From Chrysomallon squamiferum (Eukaryota; Animalia; Mollusca), in the NCBI GenBank assembly GCA_012295275.1, contig CM022677.1, positions 18,042,001 to 18,106,000 on the forward strand: 64,000 nt of DNA, given 5' to 3'. Position 1 is the stretch's first letter, and each line of letters begins with the position of its first letter. The position numbers were made by a program, and so were the translations under genes. The notes below the pieces were generated by a model that saw only the letters and a program-made list of their open reading frames with translations, made no database searches and had not been told where the DNA came from. Shown here piece after piece: positions 39,381-54,613 of the stretch.

Positions 39381-40918
39381 TTTTTAATTATCAACTAGAT
39401 GTTATAAAATCTACCTTTAAGTTGTTATTTTTATATTGTATTATATTGTATTGTATTGTATTGTATTGTATTGTACTGTATTATATTATATTATATTACT
39501 TTATATTATATTATATTGAAAACTCTTTAAATTTAGTACTGTATTAACATTTTGCCACATAATTACAGAAGTTTATTAAGTATTATTGCCTTTACTATAT
39601 AATATCAATATTGTATTATTGTTATTTCAACAGATAAATATATTATTACAAGGTGTTTAAGACTTATTCGATGTATTATTTGTACATCAATTAAATCAAT
39701 GAACTGAGAAAAAATATAGTTGTATTTTAATTAGGTTTTAAAGTATTTCATAATTATTGATTTTCTGTTCTTGCAAAACATTATATACTATCGCTATAAT
39801 ATTCTTACAAAGTATTTAAAAAAATAATGTTTGTGTTACATCAGTTTCACTAAGTGAACGAACAAATAGAATTATATTTCGTTTGTAACGTACTGTATAA
39901 TTGTGTAAGTATTGTTTTATTGTTACAGCAAACTATTTTATTAAGTCAGAATATTATTATCATAAGTTTTTAACATAGCAAAAAAAAATAATTAAAAATT
40001 AAAAGTTAAAGATAAATAAATCAACAACAAAAAAAATTAAAAATTGGGAACACAACAACAAAACATTTAAAAAAACAAATAGTGCTTCAAATCGGTTTTT
40101 ACTAAATATGAAAAAACACATCTATGTTAGCAGTACTGTATTATTAAGAGTAACGTATTTTACAAGTATTGTATTATTGCAAAAATGTTATTTTAATATT
40201 ATATTTTATAAAAATTGTATTCTATTTTATTGTAACATTTTCTGTGAACTCAGTATTCTGTTATTGTTATTTTAACATATTTCATAAATATTACATTATT
40301 GTTACTGTAACGAATTGTGCATTGTTACTGTACCGTACTGTAAGAAAATTATACTGTGTTATTGTAATTGTAATGTATTGTATAAATATATTATTATTAT
40401 TATTATTGTAACGCATTTTATAATTAATATTAAATTATCGTTATTGTAACTTTCTTTAGTTGGTTTTTGTGTGTTTTTTTGTGGGTTTTTTGCTACATAT
40501 TGTATAAAAATCAGTGTAATATTATTATTACTATCTGGAACATTCTTAATATTATATAAATATTGTTATTAGAACGAACAGTAAGAAATCAATGAATTTT
40601 ACAAAATAGAAATCTATGATTATTATTAATCATGCACTGTATAAATATTGTTTTATGATTATTGTAATTTATTCTTCAAAAAATTGTTTGTTACGTTTTG
40701 CAAAAACTAATAATGATATCGTTGTCGTTACAGCATATTTAAATATAACATTGTGACGTATCTCTTTATCTATCTACATCATCTCTCTCAGATCTATTTA
40801 TCTATCTGTCTGTCTGTCTGTCTATCTATGTATCTCTGTCTATCTGTCTATAATCTATTTGTCGTCGATATCTGATTATTTGTCTGTCTGTCTATCTCTC
40901 CCTATGTCGCTCAATTTA

Positions 40919-41012
<94 letters not shown>

Positions 41013-41130
41013 CATATATTTGTTGTTATTATTATTATTATTATTTAATAACAAATTTGTGATACATTTGAATATTTTTGATTATGTTGTTGTAATTATA
41101 TGACATCAATAAAAATATGTCCTTGATTTC

Positions 41131-41167
<37 letters not shown>

Positions 41168-41499
41168 ATTTGTTTATAAAAAGTATTTTATGAGTATTAT
41201 ATTTCTTAGTATTTCAAGAAAATAAATAAATAAATGAAAAATTTAGTTTTCCAAAAATGAGCACTGACCTTTTAAAACTCATATCTGAAAAGATAATGAA
41301 GACATTTTAAAAATTCCCATCTTAAAAGACATTACATTGTCCACTATCAGCCGATATTTCAAGAAAATAGCAGTTTCGTAACTTCCCCGCGTCGTGTCAT
41401 TCAGAGCGCTGTGGAGACGACATCTGTCAATCAAGTGTCGTCTGGAAGTACCGTCTAGGAATGACGTCAGACTGTGATGTAAATTGACAAAAGGCGAGC

Positions 41500-41575
<76 letters not shown>

Positions 41576-43037
41576 ATAAAATAAAATAAAAATATTTAAA
41601 CCATTTAAACCATGGATCTCATCATCACCCATCGAAGATAGTATTCTGGAAATCGGGTAAGAACTTAATTTAACTGCGACTAATTTGACGGAGAAAGGTG
41701 GACGTGAATAATGAACGAGTGATTAAAAAATATAATACTAACAATAAAAATAAAATAAAATAAAAATAAAATAAATAGATAAATAAATAAATAAATAAAC
41801 AAATAATAACAATAAATAAATGAAAATAAATATACACACAACTGGATAAAGAAAGAAAGAAAGAAAGAAGGATAAAAAGGAAGAATTGAGGAAACAACTG
41901 AAAATAGAGACAAATTAATAAATAAATGAATCAATGAATGAATGAATAAATACATCAATAAACAAACAAACAAACAAGCAAACAAATAAAGAGAGAGACA
42001 CACAGAGAAACAAACAGATAAAATAAAATTTTAAAAATGAAAGCACAATATACACTGAGAGAAAACTGACAAATGGTGCACGTAAAATAACATTTAAAGA
42101 CTTCTGAGTCTAGTATCAGGAATTCACTGAATGAGAGGGTACAACAAGGTCGAAATGACAAGTTAACTCAAGAGTAAATACATATTAAACCCAAGGAAAG
42201 CTGAAAAAATTCAGATTACATTTCTACTTGGAGAAATCGGAGGAATAATGGAGATCCCACTGATTATGTGGTCAAGTAGATTAATAATAAGACGATTTTT
42301 TTCTTAAAAATATTTTCTTTGCGTTTTTATATTTTATATACTGATTTTTGGTTTATGCAAAAAGAAAAAAACCTGAAACTTGTGTCCAAAAATCGACAAC
42401 GTCAACGTATTTAATCATATAAACAATTTTTACTTTTTATAGAAAGTTTCATGATGTGTTTCAGACTCAAGGTGGATTAGTTCAGTGTGTTTTCTTCTTC
42501 TTCTTCTTCTTCTTCTTATTATTATTAAACTCAAAACAAAAAGTGACAGATTTAGAAAAAGCCTACAACAACAAACAACAAAAACAAACAAGAAGAAGAA
42601 GAAAATAAAACAAACATATATAGAAATAATTAATATGAAAATGATGATGGTGATGATGATGATGATGTCGATAAGGATGATTACGGTGATTTGTATTGCG
42701 CACTGATTGCTTCTAACAATCAAACATCCAACACAGCTGGGAGCGTACGTAAGGAAACATAACTCTTGTCTGTCAGCTTATACTGGGTAAGCAATTCCTC
42801 AAAAGACTAAGTAGATGATTTCTTTCCATAATATTACCATCTCTGTCATTACTACTTCTGGTACTGATTAAAAAACAAGAATAACGACAACATCAAACAC
42901 AACAACAATAATAAGTGTTGATGTTTATGAAATAATGATGATGATGATGGTAATGCAGAAGTAACTGAGAATACAGAAACATTTCAGTGATTTCTGTTAC
43001 GAGGTTTAATGATATATATTATAAATGTATTTTACAG

Positions 43038-43085
<48 letters not shown>

Positions 43086-43251
43086 GTGAGGAAAATAAAA
43101 GGAATTAAATTTTATAGTTTTTTACCGAGTCATTAAATAAATAAAGATTCATTTAGAAATCTGGAAGTAATATACGACCGGTTGATTAGTTTCACTGAGC
43201 TGCAGTCTCCGTGCTTAAAAATGAAATAAAAAAAAAACAAAGAAAAAGGTC

Positions 43252-43322
<71 letters not shown>

Positions 43323-43610
43323 AGATAAATATATAATAGTTTCGAATTATCGAATTGTTATTATTATAATTATTATTATTATTGTTGTTGTTTTTTCTTG
43401 TTATTATTATTATTATTATTACAACAACAACAATGCCTACTACTACTACCACCGTACCAATCACTACAGCTACAACAAGAACGATAAAAATTAAGTTAAA
43501 AAAATATAAAATAAAAAAATTAAAATTATGTTGTAAAAATATAAGCAATGTTTTAACAATAGCTAACGAGAAGAAAGAAAAAGTAATAACGCTGGCATTA
43601 TTTATTTATT

Positions 43611-43880
43611 AACCAATTCACGAACCGGCTTATTGAGATGGTGAAAAGAAAACGTCATTTTTTGAATATAATTCTTTCCAGCACTAAAATTCCACTCTGA
43701 CTGTTTGATGTATGCTGAATCAGTACATTAATGTACAGTACTGGGAAGATGGCCGATTTGTTAAATTATCCAGCAGGCAGTGACAAGTTTGTATTGTCTG
43801 AAGAATTAAAACAAACGATTGATAGCCTGAAATCCTGCAGATGTCATTCAGCACGTGCATAATTAATTAATATATAAGTG
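43611..43880 (+). promoter_or_regulatory. Proximal motif plus TATA-like box belonging to relic G7
   Basis: aattcacgaaccggcttatt...gaaaagaaaacgtcat at 43615-43658; TATATAAG at 43871. Confidence 0.55.
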
Positions 43881-44917
43881 AGATCGATTTCAAACTGCTG
43901 TGATTGGTCGATGGTTAGGCGGAGTAACTCTCTGTAAAAGATAGGAATATTTAGTTTTGTTTTGTTTTATTTTAATTAGTTTATTTACTTTTGTTTAGTT
44001 TAATTTTATTATTATTATTGTTATTATTATTATTATTATTATTATTTATTATTTTTATTTTTTTTATTGATTTAATATTGTTTTACTTTATTTTGTTTGC
44101 TTGTTTGTTTGTTTGCTTATTTATTTATTTGGTTGCTGTTGTTCTTATTATTATTTAAAACCATAGTTGGAAAACAAACAAACAAAAATTTTAATTGAAA
44201 ATAGATAATACTTTGGTTTTGCTGTACTGGCAGCAGCTAACGTTAATCAGAAACAAATGAGGAATATAGATTCGTTCTGTCAAATACTTTTAACAACATC
44301 CAACCATCCATCCATCCTTTCATTTCCGTGTCTGTCAATCTATCAAAATATTATAATAGTATAATTTTATCTAAATCATTTACGCATGATATTATTCGTG
44401 GAAATATATCTCTATGGAACAGTTTGTAATCAGAGAATGCGCCAAAGAGTTCGAAGTTCTTGTTAGTTTAGAATAAGATATGAATATTTTTTTTAACATT
44501 CTTGAAATTAGTTTTGCTTTTAGGTTGTTAAAAAAGAACAACGTACCGTACATTACAAATACTCTTTTCATTTTATTGTATTTACATTTTATGTTTATAT
44601 ATGATAATGAAAATTCCATAATTTTGCTGAAACGGATTTATAAGTTATTTATCCGTGTAAGTTACTGTTATTGTTTTTGTTGTTGTTGTTGTTGTTTTCC
44701 TTTGTGCTCTTGCCAATATCGGCATCATCATCATGATCATTATTTTTATTATTACAATTATTATTATTATTATAATCATCATCATAATCATCATCGTGTT
44801 TATCCTTGTTGTTATCATTATTCTCTCTATTTTTTTTTCTCCCATTCTTTTATTTCTCTCCTTACCACCGACCATCAGTACTTATTACATAGATATAATT
44901 ATTGTTTCACTTTTCAG

Positions 44918-45155
44918 ATAACTGACAATAAAACAAAACAAACAAAAAAAATCCGACGACAGTGACGTATTCCTTGAAGAAAACGAGACAGCCATATTGA
45001 ATAGAAGTATTAGCATCTACAATTAATCTGGGTGGCAACTTCGAAGCAGTCTCTGGAGCTTAGCCAAATTTCAGTCTGCTAGGTTACGCATCATGGAGTA
45101 TCGTTATTTTCAAAACAGTCATAGGAACTGCGGGGAAAGTGACGCCGTTTCTTTG
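44918..45155 (+). pseudogene. G7: relic GPCR fragment (N-terminus and TM1 only)
   Basis: Acceptor cttttcAG at 44916-44917. From 45061 the frame reads *PNFSLLGYASWSIVIFKTVIGTAGKVTPFL versus G3 WPYFDLYGREYWATVLTIAVIGIVGNVLQFV. No ATG found. Confidence 0.72.
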
Positions 45156-46093
45156 TTGCTATTAAAATGGTGTCGTAATAACTTTGTTTAATACGTAGAT
45201 CTGTATGTATATTACAACAACAGCATTACCAGTACTGTTTTCACAAAGACCACACCTATTACTACTTCCAGTGCTAATACTTGCACTACGACTAGTATCA
45301 CTACTATTACTATTGCACTGCTACTATCATAAGCATTATAACAAAAGCTGCTGCTACAATTCCTACTAACCGTACTAATATTACCACTACTACTACTACT
45401 AGTAAATATACTACTAATATTACTACAACTGTTACTACACCTACTAACCGTTCTAACATTACCACTACTACTACTAATATTAATACAACTATTACATCTA
45501 CTAACAGTACTAATATTACCACTACTACTACTACTAGTATTAATATACCACTAATATTATTACAACTACTACTACACCTACTAATCGTACTAACTTTACC
45601 ATTACTACTACTGTTATTGTTAATGTAGATATTCTTATGAAAAAATTACCTTCTTGCATCCAACTACAAAAGTAAAGAAAACCTAATCTGCGATGCGTTC
45701 TGAAGTAAGATGCTAAACATTTTATGACGTAATAATGATGACCTTTGACATCAGTTAATATGTTGTCAGTAAAAAAAGCAACATGAATCTAATTTTATTC
45801 TCTCATGAAATATTATCTACTCCATATTGACACACGAATAAACAAATAAACAGAAAAATAGTGTATGAATAAACGAACGAACGAATGAATGAATGAATGA
45901 AGTAATTAATACATAAATAGTAAAAACATGTGTTGGGCTGTTGCAGTTTTATTCACAAACGCCTGTACATTTATTTATTTATTTGTTTATTTATTTATAT
46001 TTTAATTTTTTCGTCATACTTCATCCTTTCCTTGTGCTTAAATGATGGACTTTGTATTTAAATACAGGGGAAACAGACGGGTTTACTCTCTCT

Positions 46094-46209
<116 letters not shown>

Positions 46210-46710
46210 TCTTTCTTTCTCTCTAGTTAGTAAACTGACGCAAGTTGATAAAAAACAAAAATCCAAATGACAGATTAACCTGTTTAATATTCACAATTCA
46301 CTAGATAACTAAATAACATGAAATACACGCGTACAAACACATTAAAGTTTGAATTTTAAACACTTATGTTCAGAGACAACATGTTATAATAAAAACGTAC
46401 AGATTTACCTTTCCTACTCCGAGTATGTTATGGTAAAATATTATTTTGAAATGAATTTAAACCATACAACATATAAACAAAACACACATAGATACATCTT
46501 TTTAATCTATAATTCTGTCTACTAGCGTATGTACCTTCCTACCTGTCTGTCTGTCTGTCTGTCTGTCTGCCTGTCTATAGGTGGTTGTCTCTCTCACAGT
46601 CTATCTATATATCTCTCTATCTACCTAATATAACTAATGTATCTGTTTGTCTGTTTATCTATCTATCTATTATATCTATACCTAATGTATCAATCTAACT
46701 AATGTATGTA

Positions 46711-46758
<48 letters not shown>

Positions 46759-46784
46759 ATGTATCCATCTAATGTATGTATCTG

Positions 46785-46822
<38 letters not shown>

Positions 46823-46848
46823 CGTCTATCTATCTATCTATCTATCTA

Positions 46849-46933
<85 letters not shown>

Positions 46934-46960
46934 GATGTATCCATCTAATGTATGTATCCG

Positions 46961-46996
<36 letters not shown>

Positions 46997-47089
46997 GCTA
47001 ATCTATCTGTCTATCTATCTAATCTATCTATCTATGTATCTGTATGTCTGTCTGTCTATCTGTCTGTCTGTCTACCTACCTATCTCTTT

Positions 47090-48223
47090 CTACTGTGTTA
47101 GGTCAGTCACTGCAGTGACACTAGAAACAGACGGCAGATGGCAACTGGCAGAACTTGAATTTTCAGACGACATTTTCTTAGTTTGTGTCCTTCTATCCAC
47201 TGGCGTCTTCAAACATCTAAATTTCTTTAACATGATTTCTCTGTAGTTCCTGGCACTTCCCATCAGAATGTAAAAATTCTGAGCAAAGTTTAACAAATAG
47301 ATCATATTGAAGAGCGGCCAAAGACTGCCAGATAAGGCAAAAGCGAATATGTCGGACCGGCTAAGTTTGAGTCCTACGTAAACACAATCTGTGACCGCGG
47401 CGGGTAGAATAGTTAGCAGAGCAAGAACGGAAACGAGAACGAGAGGGCGCGTTGCCTTATCTTGCTTCTGATTGGTGGATTCTTTGCCAGATCTCATGAA
47501 GGTTTTCCTGAATTCGTTGCTCCGTTGCACGTGCACGATGATCATGACGTTGAGGACGAAGATACAGACGCAGGGAAGCGTGGACGAGAGAACTACCCGA
47601 TAGGCAATGATCAGAAATCCGGCTTCCTTTGCTGGATAGCATACACCGTCGTTTATTTCAAGCATGACAAGAATAGGGATGTTCAGAACGAAAATAACGA
47701 GAACCACAGACGAGCAGACGACCAACGCTTTCCTTCTCGTGCAAAAGCAGTCACGTGACAATGGGAAACTGACACAGATGTATCTGTCCAGCGTCAGTCC
47801 TACGATCAGCCAAGGCGAAAGGATCATGGGAAATAGACGCAAAACATTTAGGGTTTTGCACCAGAAATTGCTGACGTCAATACTCCTTGGAATATGAAAC
47901 TGGAATTCAGATTCTCTGAAAAGTTCGATGACTAGCAACCAGGTATCAGAGAAACTCAGAAATTTCATGTAGACTGAGTAGGAGAAGAGAGATAACTTTG
48001 AATCGTTCATGAGAATAAACTGCAGTGCGTTTCCGATGGCTCCCAGTATATCTACAATTACTACGAGACTAAAATAGCCAATTCCACGTAAATTAAAATA
48101 CAGTAAATTTGTCATTGGTGATACGGTGCTCGCGTTTGACTGGTTAATCAATTCAATTCCGTCTGTACTGCCGATGTACGCTGATGTTGACTCCGTCATG
48201 ATCGATGTTGTATTAATATTCAT
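47090..48223 (-). CDS. G5: intact class-A orphan GPCR, 377 aa (start MNINTTS)
   Basis: Seven TMs, [22 protein letters not shown]. Acceptor tttcAG at 48236-48235 places the poly-Ile of the ORF track in the intron. Confidence 0.92.
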   Translation of the reverse strand: MNINTTSIMTESTSAYIGSTDGIELINQSNASTVSPMTNLLYFNLRGIGYFSLVVIVDILGAIGNALQFILMNDSKLSLFSYSVYMKFLSFSDTWLLVIELFRESEFQFHIPRSIDVSNFWCKTLNVLRLFPMILSPWLIVGLTLDRYICVSFPLSRDCFCTRRKALVVCSSVVLVIFVLNIPILVMLEINDGVCYPAKEAGFLIIAYRVVLSSTLPCVCIFVLNVMIIVHVQRSNEFRKTFMRSGKESTNQKQDKATRPLVLVSVLALLTILPAAVTDCVYVGLKLSRSDIFAFALSGSLWPLFNMIYLLNFAQNFYILMGSARNYREIMLKKFRCLKTPVDRRTQTKKMSSENSSSASCHLPSVSSVTAVTDLTQ

Positions 48224-48238
48224 CCAAGTAGCGTCTGA

Positions 48239-48285
<47 letters not shown>

Positions 48286-48459
48286 TAATAATAATAATAA
48301 TAATAATAATAATATAAATCATCATGATGATCATCGTGGAAGTGTCTTAATAATAGTTATAATTAACATAGAAATATAGAAAGAAATATTTCAAGGCGAA
48401 CGTCATTAAATGGTTAGTTACGATGAATGGCGGTACAATGGAAATGAGAACAAAAGGGC

Positions 48460-48531
<72 letters not shown>

Positions 48532-48706
48532 CCGCAGTGGTGGGACCGGAGGAAAGCATGATTTCTGAATTTTGCGGTTTTTCTAGACTCTGGTTAACTA
48601 TTTACTTAAAATATGAAGTGAACGAGTCTGTATTTAGCAGGTAGAAATGAAAACACTCCTACTGTGCCTGATCCATTCAAACAAAGACTTTTCCGTCGTT
48701 AAGTCC

Positions 48707-48790
48707 GTCCGCGTCAACACTCTGTCCTCGTCAACACACTGTCCGCGTCAACTCTCTGTCCGCGTCAACACTCTGTCCGCGTCAACTGTC
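48707..48790. repeat. 17-bp GC-rich tandem repeat (gtccgcgtcaacactct) x~5; homolog is a 15-bp unit x~6 at 57417-57512
   Basis: Directly visible in both copies of duplication B. Confidence 0.85.
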
Positions 48791-48982
48791 GGCAACTGAA
48801 GCAAAGTGTTTCGGTTCTGCTTTAACTTACGCACCTCACTGACAGAGCAGAATCTCCGTCTCTGTTCTTTCCGTGTATTGATTATCAAACCATTCAACGC
48901 TAAATGCCACACTGAAACATTCTTTATCGACACGTAAGTGACACTGTTTTTCCTCGTTCTACTGAACGGTGAATGTTTCTAT

Positions 48983-49017
<35 letters not shown>

Positions 49018-49340
49018 TTTGACAATAGCAAACTGCGTTTCTGCTGGCCTTTTGGACATGGTTATAAATGAAAATTTGTGATAAATTCTCACAAATAATC
49101 AAGTAACTGTGAGAGGATCAGCTACTCAAAACGGCAAAAGGCGCCGATCAAAAGTTACGCCACGAAAACCGAAACAAAGCGGCCGCTAAATTTAAAACAG
49201 CACATTTTCTTATATTTACGGATCTAGATATGTATTAGATCGTAAATGTTGACGTTTCAATATTGTTATTATCTGTCTATCTATCTGACTATCTATCTAT
49301 GTATCTATCTAATCTAATCTATCTGTCTATACTGAGAGAT

Positions 49341-49433
<93 letters not shown>

Positions 49434-49550
49434 AACTCAAGAAAATAAGCGACATAAATATAACGCTGTAGTAATAATAATAATAATGTTTACTGTTATT
49501 AATACTACTACTATACTACTATTAATAATATTATTATTAACATTCTTCTT

Positions 49551-49581
<31 letters not shown>

Positions 49582-49748
49582 TTATTATTATTACTGTTAT
49601 TAGTATAGCTACTATCAGTGTTACTACAATACTACTCTGATGCTATTGCTACTATTATTATTACTACAGCTACTACTATTACTACTTTCCTACTACTACT
49701 ATTATTAGTACTAACAGAGACTCGAATCATTAAGTAATACACGTGTAC

Positions 49749-50025
49749 ACTTACCAATATGTTGCGAAATTCCTCCAGAAATTTCTTCTCAAATGCCGAT
49801 CATTTTCCTACCTTCTTTTATAAAGATTTCTTCACCAAACTCAGCTGTCAATCAAATTTCATCACTGTGTTAAATGCGCCTAGCGATGATTAAAATTTTA
49901 ATTAAAAAAAAATTAATTCTTTGCATAATTCTTGTTAATCCTTCCTTACAGTCAGTTGAAAAGAATTTTCTTATCTAATGAAAATTCTGTTGACTGTTAA
50001 ATGTGACGTTTTCTTTCATCAAGTT
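49749..50025 (-). promoter_or_regulatory. Promoter and ~40-nt non-coding exon 1 of G5
   Basis: Proximal motif at 50022-50003, TGATTGACAG at 49854-49845, TATAAAAG at 49822-49815, Inr-like GCATTT (A at 49794), donor G|GTAAGT at 49754. Confidence 0.75.
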
Positions 50026-50249
50026 TAAAAAAAAAAATAATAATAATAAAAAAATAATAAAAATAAATGTGTTCGTGAGTTGGTATAATATATTAATATC
50101 CTCCGATAATTATTTCGTTTCTTCAATCAACGATTTTTTTTTTCTTTTTTTTTTCTATAAGACTGTTGGTATGTTTGAATTATTCTTTAATTGTCTAATG
50201 TTTATTATTATTATTATCTTCGTATTAGAGTCTGTTTGTTATTGCGAGG

Positions 50250-50387
50250 CGAGATAAAACGAGCCGTGCATATCAATATGAAATTAACACATTACGATGC
50301 TAAATGATGGTTATTATCTAACGACAGATTTGTTCTGACCTTTGCAGATAAGTCTTGGAATTAATGTGCTTCCGACGCGCACGCGCG

Positions 50388-50449
<62 letters not shown>

Positions 50450-51105
50450 CAAACAAACAAGTGGTTATCAGAGGTTTGTTGCAGAAATTATTTGGCCGTA
50501 AATTATTTATCGGTCAATTTAAATTACGTAAAATCCAGTACAAAACGCGTGTACCGAAAGTTAGATAATCAAAGGAGCCAACAAGGTGAATAAATAGGTA
50601 GATAAATAAATAAATCACATTATTATTCATAATAATAATAACAGTAATAATAATAATAATAATAATAACAACAACAACAACAACAACAACAATAATACTA
50701 ATACTAATACTAATATTATTAATCATAATAAAATAATAATAATAACAGTAATGTTAGTAATAACGTTACATTTCAGAGGTTTTTATTTTTATATTGTATT
50801 ATACATTTATATATAAAACAACAGAGAAATCCCCTTTCTTTACTCAAAAAAAACCCAACGACATACAAACAAAAAAACCCACAAAAAACCTCCACCAAGA
50901 AACAACAAAAAAATGCCCACATAATCGAGTATCTTATTTTTTACAATTAGACTTGTTTTGACATCATTTTCTCAGGCAACCACTAATTCCAAAACTCAGC
51001 TGCAAATTTATCGTATTACAGAAAATAAATCATTACATAATAGCCATCATTTAGCATCGTAATGTGTTATTTTCCTATTGATATTCACGATTCGTCTTAT
51101 CCAGG
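50250..51105. repeat. Inverted repeat with ~130-bp arms (50250-50375 / 50970-51105); homolog at ~58768-59560
   Basis: cgtgcatatcaatatgaaattaacacattacgatgctaaatgatggttat versus the reverse complement of 51040-51089, ~46/50 identical. Confidence 0.8.
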
Positions 51106-51229
51106 TACTTTGTTCATTTAGATAGGAGTTTTAATATACATATATATAGGTACATACATAGATACATACATACATACATACACACATACACACATACATA
51201 CATACATACATACGTACCTACGTACGTAC

Positions 51230-51272
<43 letters not shown>

Positions 51273-51457
51273 CATGCATACATACATACATATTTCATAC
51301 AATAGACTATAGCTAACAGTAAATGCACATACTCAATGGCTGATATAAAACTGTAGACACTAAACGATATATGACAGATAGTAAACCTATGTACAACGGT
51401 GATACCGCAAATGGTATGAATGAAATCTTCTGATATACATCATTTTAACTGGCTTTA

Positions 51458-51765
51458 CAGATACCGGATCAATTATCCGGCGTCCTGAAATCCGGAAAGA
51501 CCAGAAAACCGGACATTTTCTCCCGACGCTATTTTCATAGTTCGCGCGCGCGCGGATGTTGTCCTCAACAGACCGGAACTACTCTTTCAAGCCGCGTTTC
51601 ATTCCGCGTTGTTTACGTGTCAAGTTGCCACAGTTGCGTATCGTCAAATTTCTTTATGTTTTTTTATTTTTTATTTTAAAATGTTTAGAGGCCTTGGTAC
51701 AAGAAAATCCAGAAATCCGGAATGCCTCAGGTCCCGAGGAGTCCGGATAATTGGTCCGACAGATT
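51458..51765. mobile_element. MITE (~310 bp), Tc1/pogo-like
   Basis: TIR cores cggatcaattatccgg (51465-51480) and ccggataattggtccg (51743-51758), 15/16 match; TA flanks; aaatccgga subrepeats; absent from the G6 copy. Confidence 0.7.
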
Positions 51766-52136
51766 ATATATATGTGTATTCGAGTGTGCGTTGTGTGTGT
51801 GTGTGTGTGTGTGTGTGTATAGCTTTCCGAGAGAAAGAAATGTATTACAAACATACACAAACACACACACACAAACACAATTTAGTTAGCTATATTACCG
51901 AAGATACAGTCTAAAAATATTGTTTACTTCTGTATTAAAAAGTAATATTCTTAAAACAACAAACACATCAAAATTAAAAATAAGAAAAAAAATAAAACAC
52001 CAATGAAACGGTAAAAGTATAATTACGTATGTCCATCTGGACTTTACAGTAGCTCAGTGGACAAATCTTCTTCCTTTTGATTCAAATTGTTTTTTTTGTT
52101 TTTTTTTCTAGCGTAGCCAGTAAACAAAAATAATAA

Positions 52137-52213
52137 GAGCGAGCTGCTGTGAAACAAGACTACAAGTGTCACGCTCTCTGACAAAGCCAGGGTGTGTGTC
52201 TGTCACACTCTAG
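52137..52213. promoter_or_regulatory. Conserved distal element, copy upstream of G5 (G6 copy at 60048-60122)
   Basis: gagcgagctgctgtgaaacaagactac...cacgctctctgaca aligns with 8509-8584. Confidence 0.6.
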
Positions 52214-52512
52214 CGCTCTCCTATTTCCAGCTTTTGTAGCCAAAGAACAGACATCACAGGAGACAGCGTGTACTTAGTATGGACATGCGCTGGATACATT
52301 TCAGTTTAAAAACAAAGTCTGTTAAATAAAGAAATGTGTAAGTGCTCTAAATAACAACAGAATCCGCTGTTTCAAGTAAATATGTGAGGTAGTGTTGCGT
52401 AATTTAATTGATTAATTCCTTGACACGCACTTTCTTTCAGAATCGTTCATTTCTCGTCGTTAGTAATGAACGTTTTGAAATAATAATAATAAAAAGAAGA
52501 TTTATTCTTAAA

Positions 52513-52635
<123 letters not shown>

Positions 52636-52825
52636 CAGTTGCACCATGTATTTATATTTATCTATATCTGTATGTCTGTATGTATGTATGTATGTATGTA
52701 TGTATCGCTCTCTGTATCTATGTATCTCTTTATGTATATATGGATGGATTAATTACTCTCTCTCTCTCTCTCTCTCTCTATCTAAATAATGTTGTACTAT
52801 GTATATCTTTATCTGTATCTGCGTG

Positions 52826-52935
<110 letters not shown>

Positions 52936-53019
52936 CTCTCTCTCTCTTTCTCTCTCTTTCTTTCTCTCTCTCTCTCTCTTTTCCTAACTTAATAATAAAA
53001 GATATAGCTTCTCTCTGTC

Positions 53020-53071
<52 letters not shown>

Positions 53072-53449
53072 ACTCAGTTGTACTATGTATATCTTTATCT
53101 GTATCTGCGTGTCTCTCTCTCTCTGTCTCTGTCTCTCCATCAGTATTTATATGCATGTGTCAATGTATGTATTATGTATGTATGTATGTATGTATGTATA
53201 TATGTATTATGTATGTATTATGTATGTATTATGTATTTATGTATTATGTATGTATGTATATATGTATATATGCACGGATGGATGGATGGATGGATGGATG
53301 AATGGATTAATTACGTTCTAATACTATCTTTCATTTCTCGTAGTTATTAAGCTTCGCTATGAAATAATGAAAAACAAGATTCATTCGTAAAACTTCTCTA
53401 TCTCTCTCTCTGTATATGTCGCTCTCTGTCTCTCTCTGTCTCTCTCAAT

Positions 53450-54450
<1,001 letters not shown>

Positions 54451-54470
54451 CTTTTTTTTGTTACTATGAT

Positions 54471-54613
<143 letters not shown>

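Larger units (their letters stand above)
46225..52320. repeat. Segmental duplication B, copy containing G5
   Basis: Collinear with 54611-60230 (3' flank, CDS, intron, promoter, distal element); more diverged than duplication A. Confidence 0.9.

Noticed and set aside
48224-48334. Poly-Ile/Met N-terminal extension of G5 (and G6 56722-56838) as a signal anchor
   Set aside because: (ATT/ATG)n microsatellite upstream of a consensus splice acceptor; intronic.
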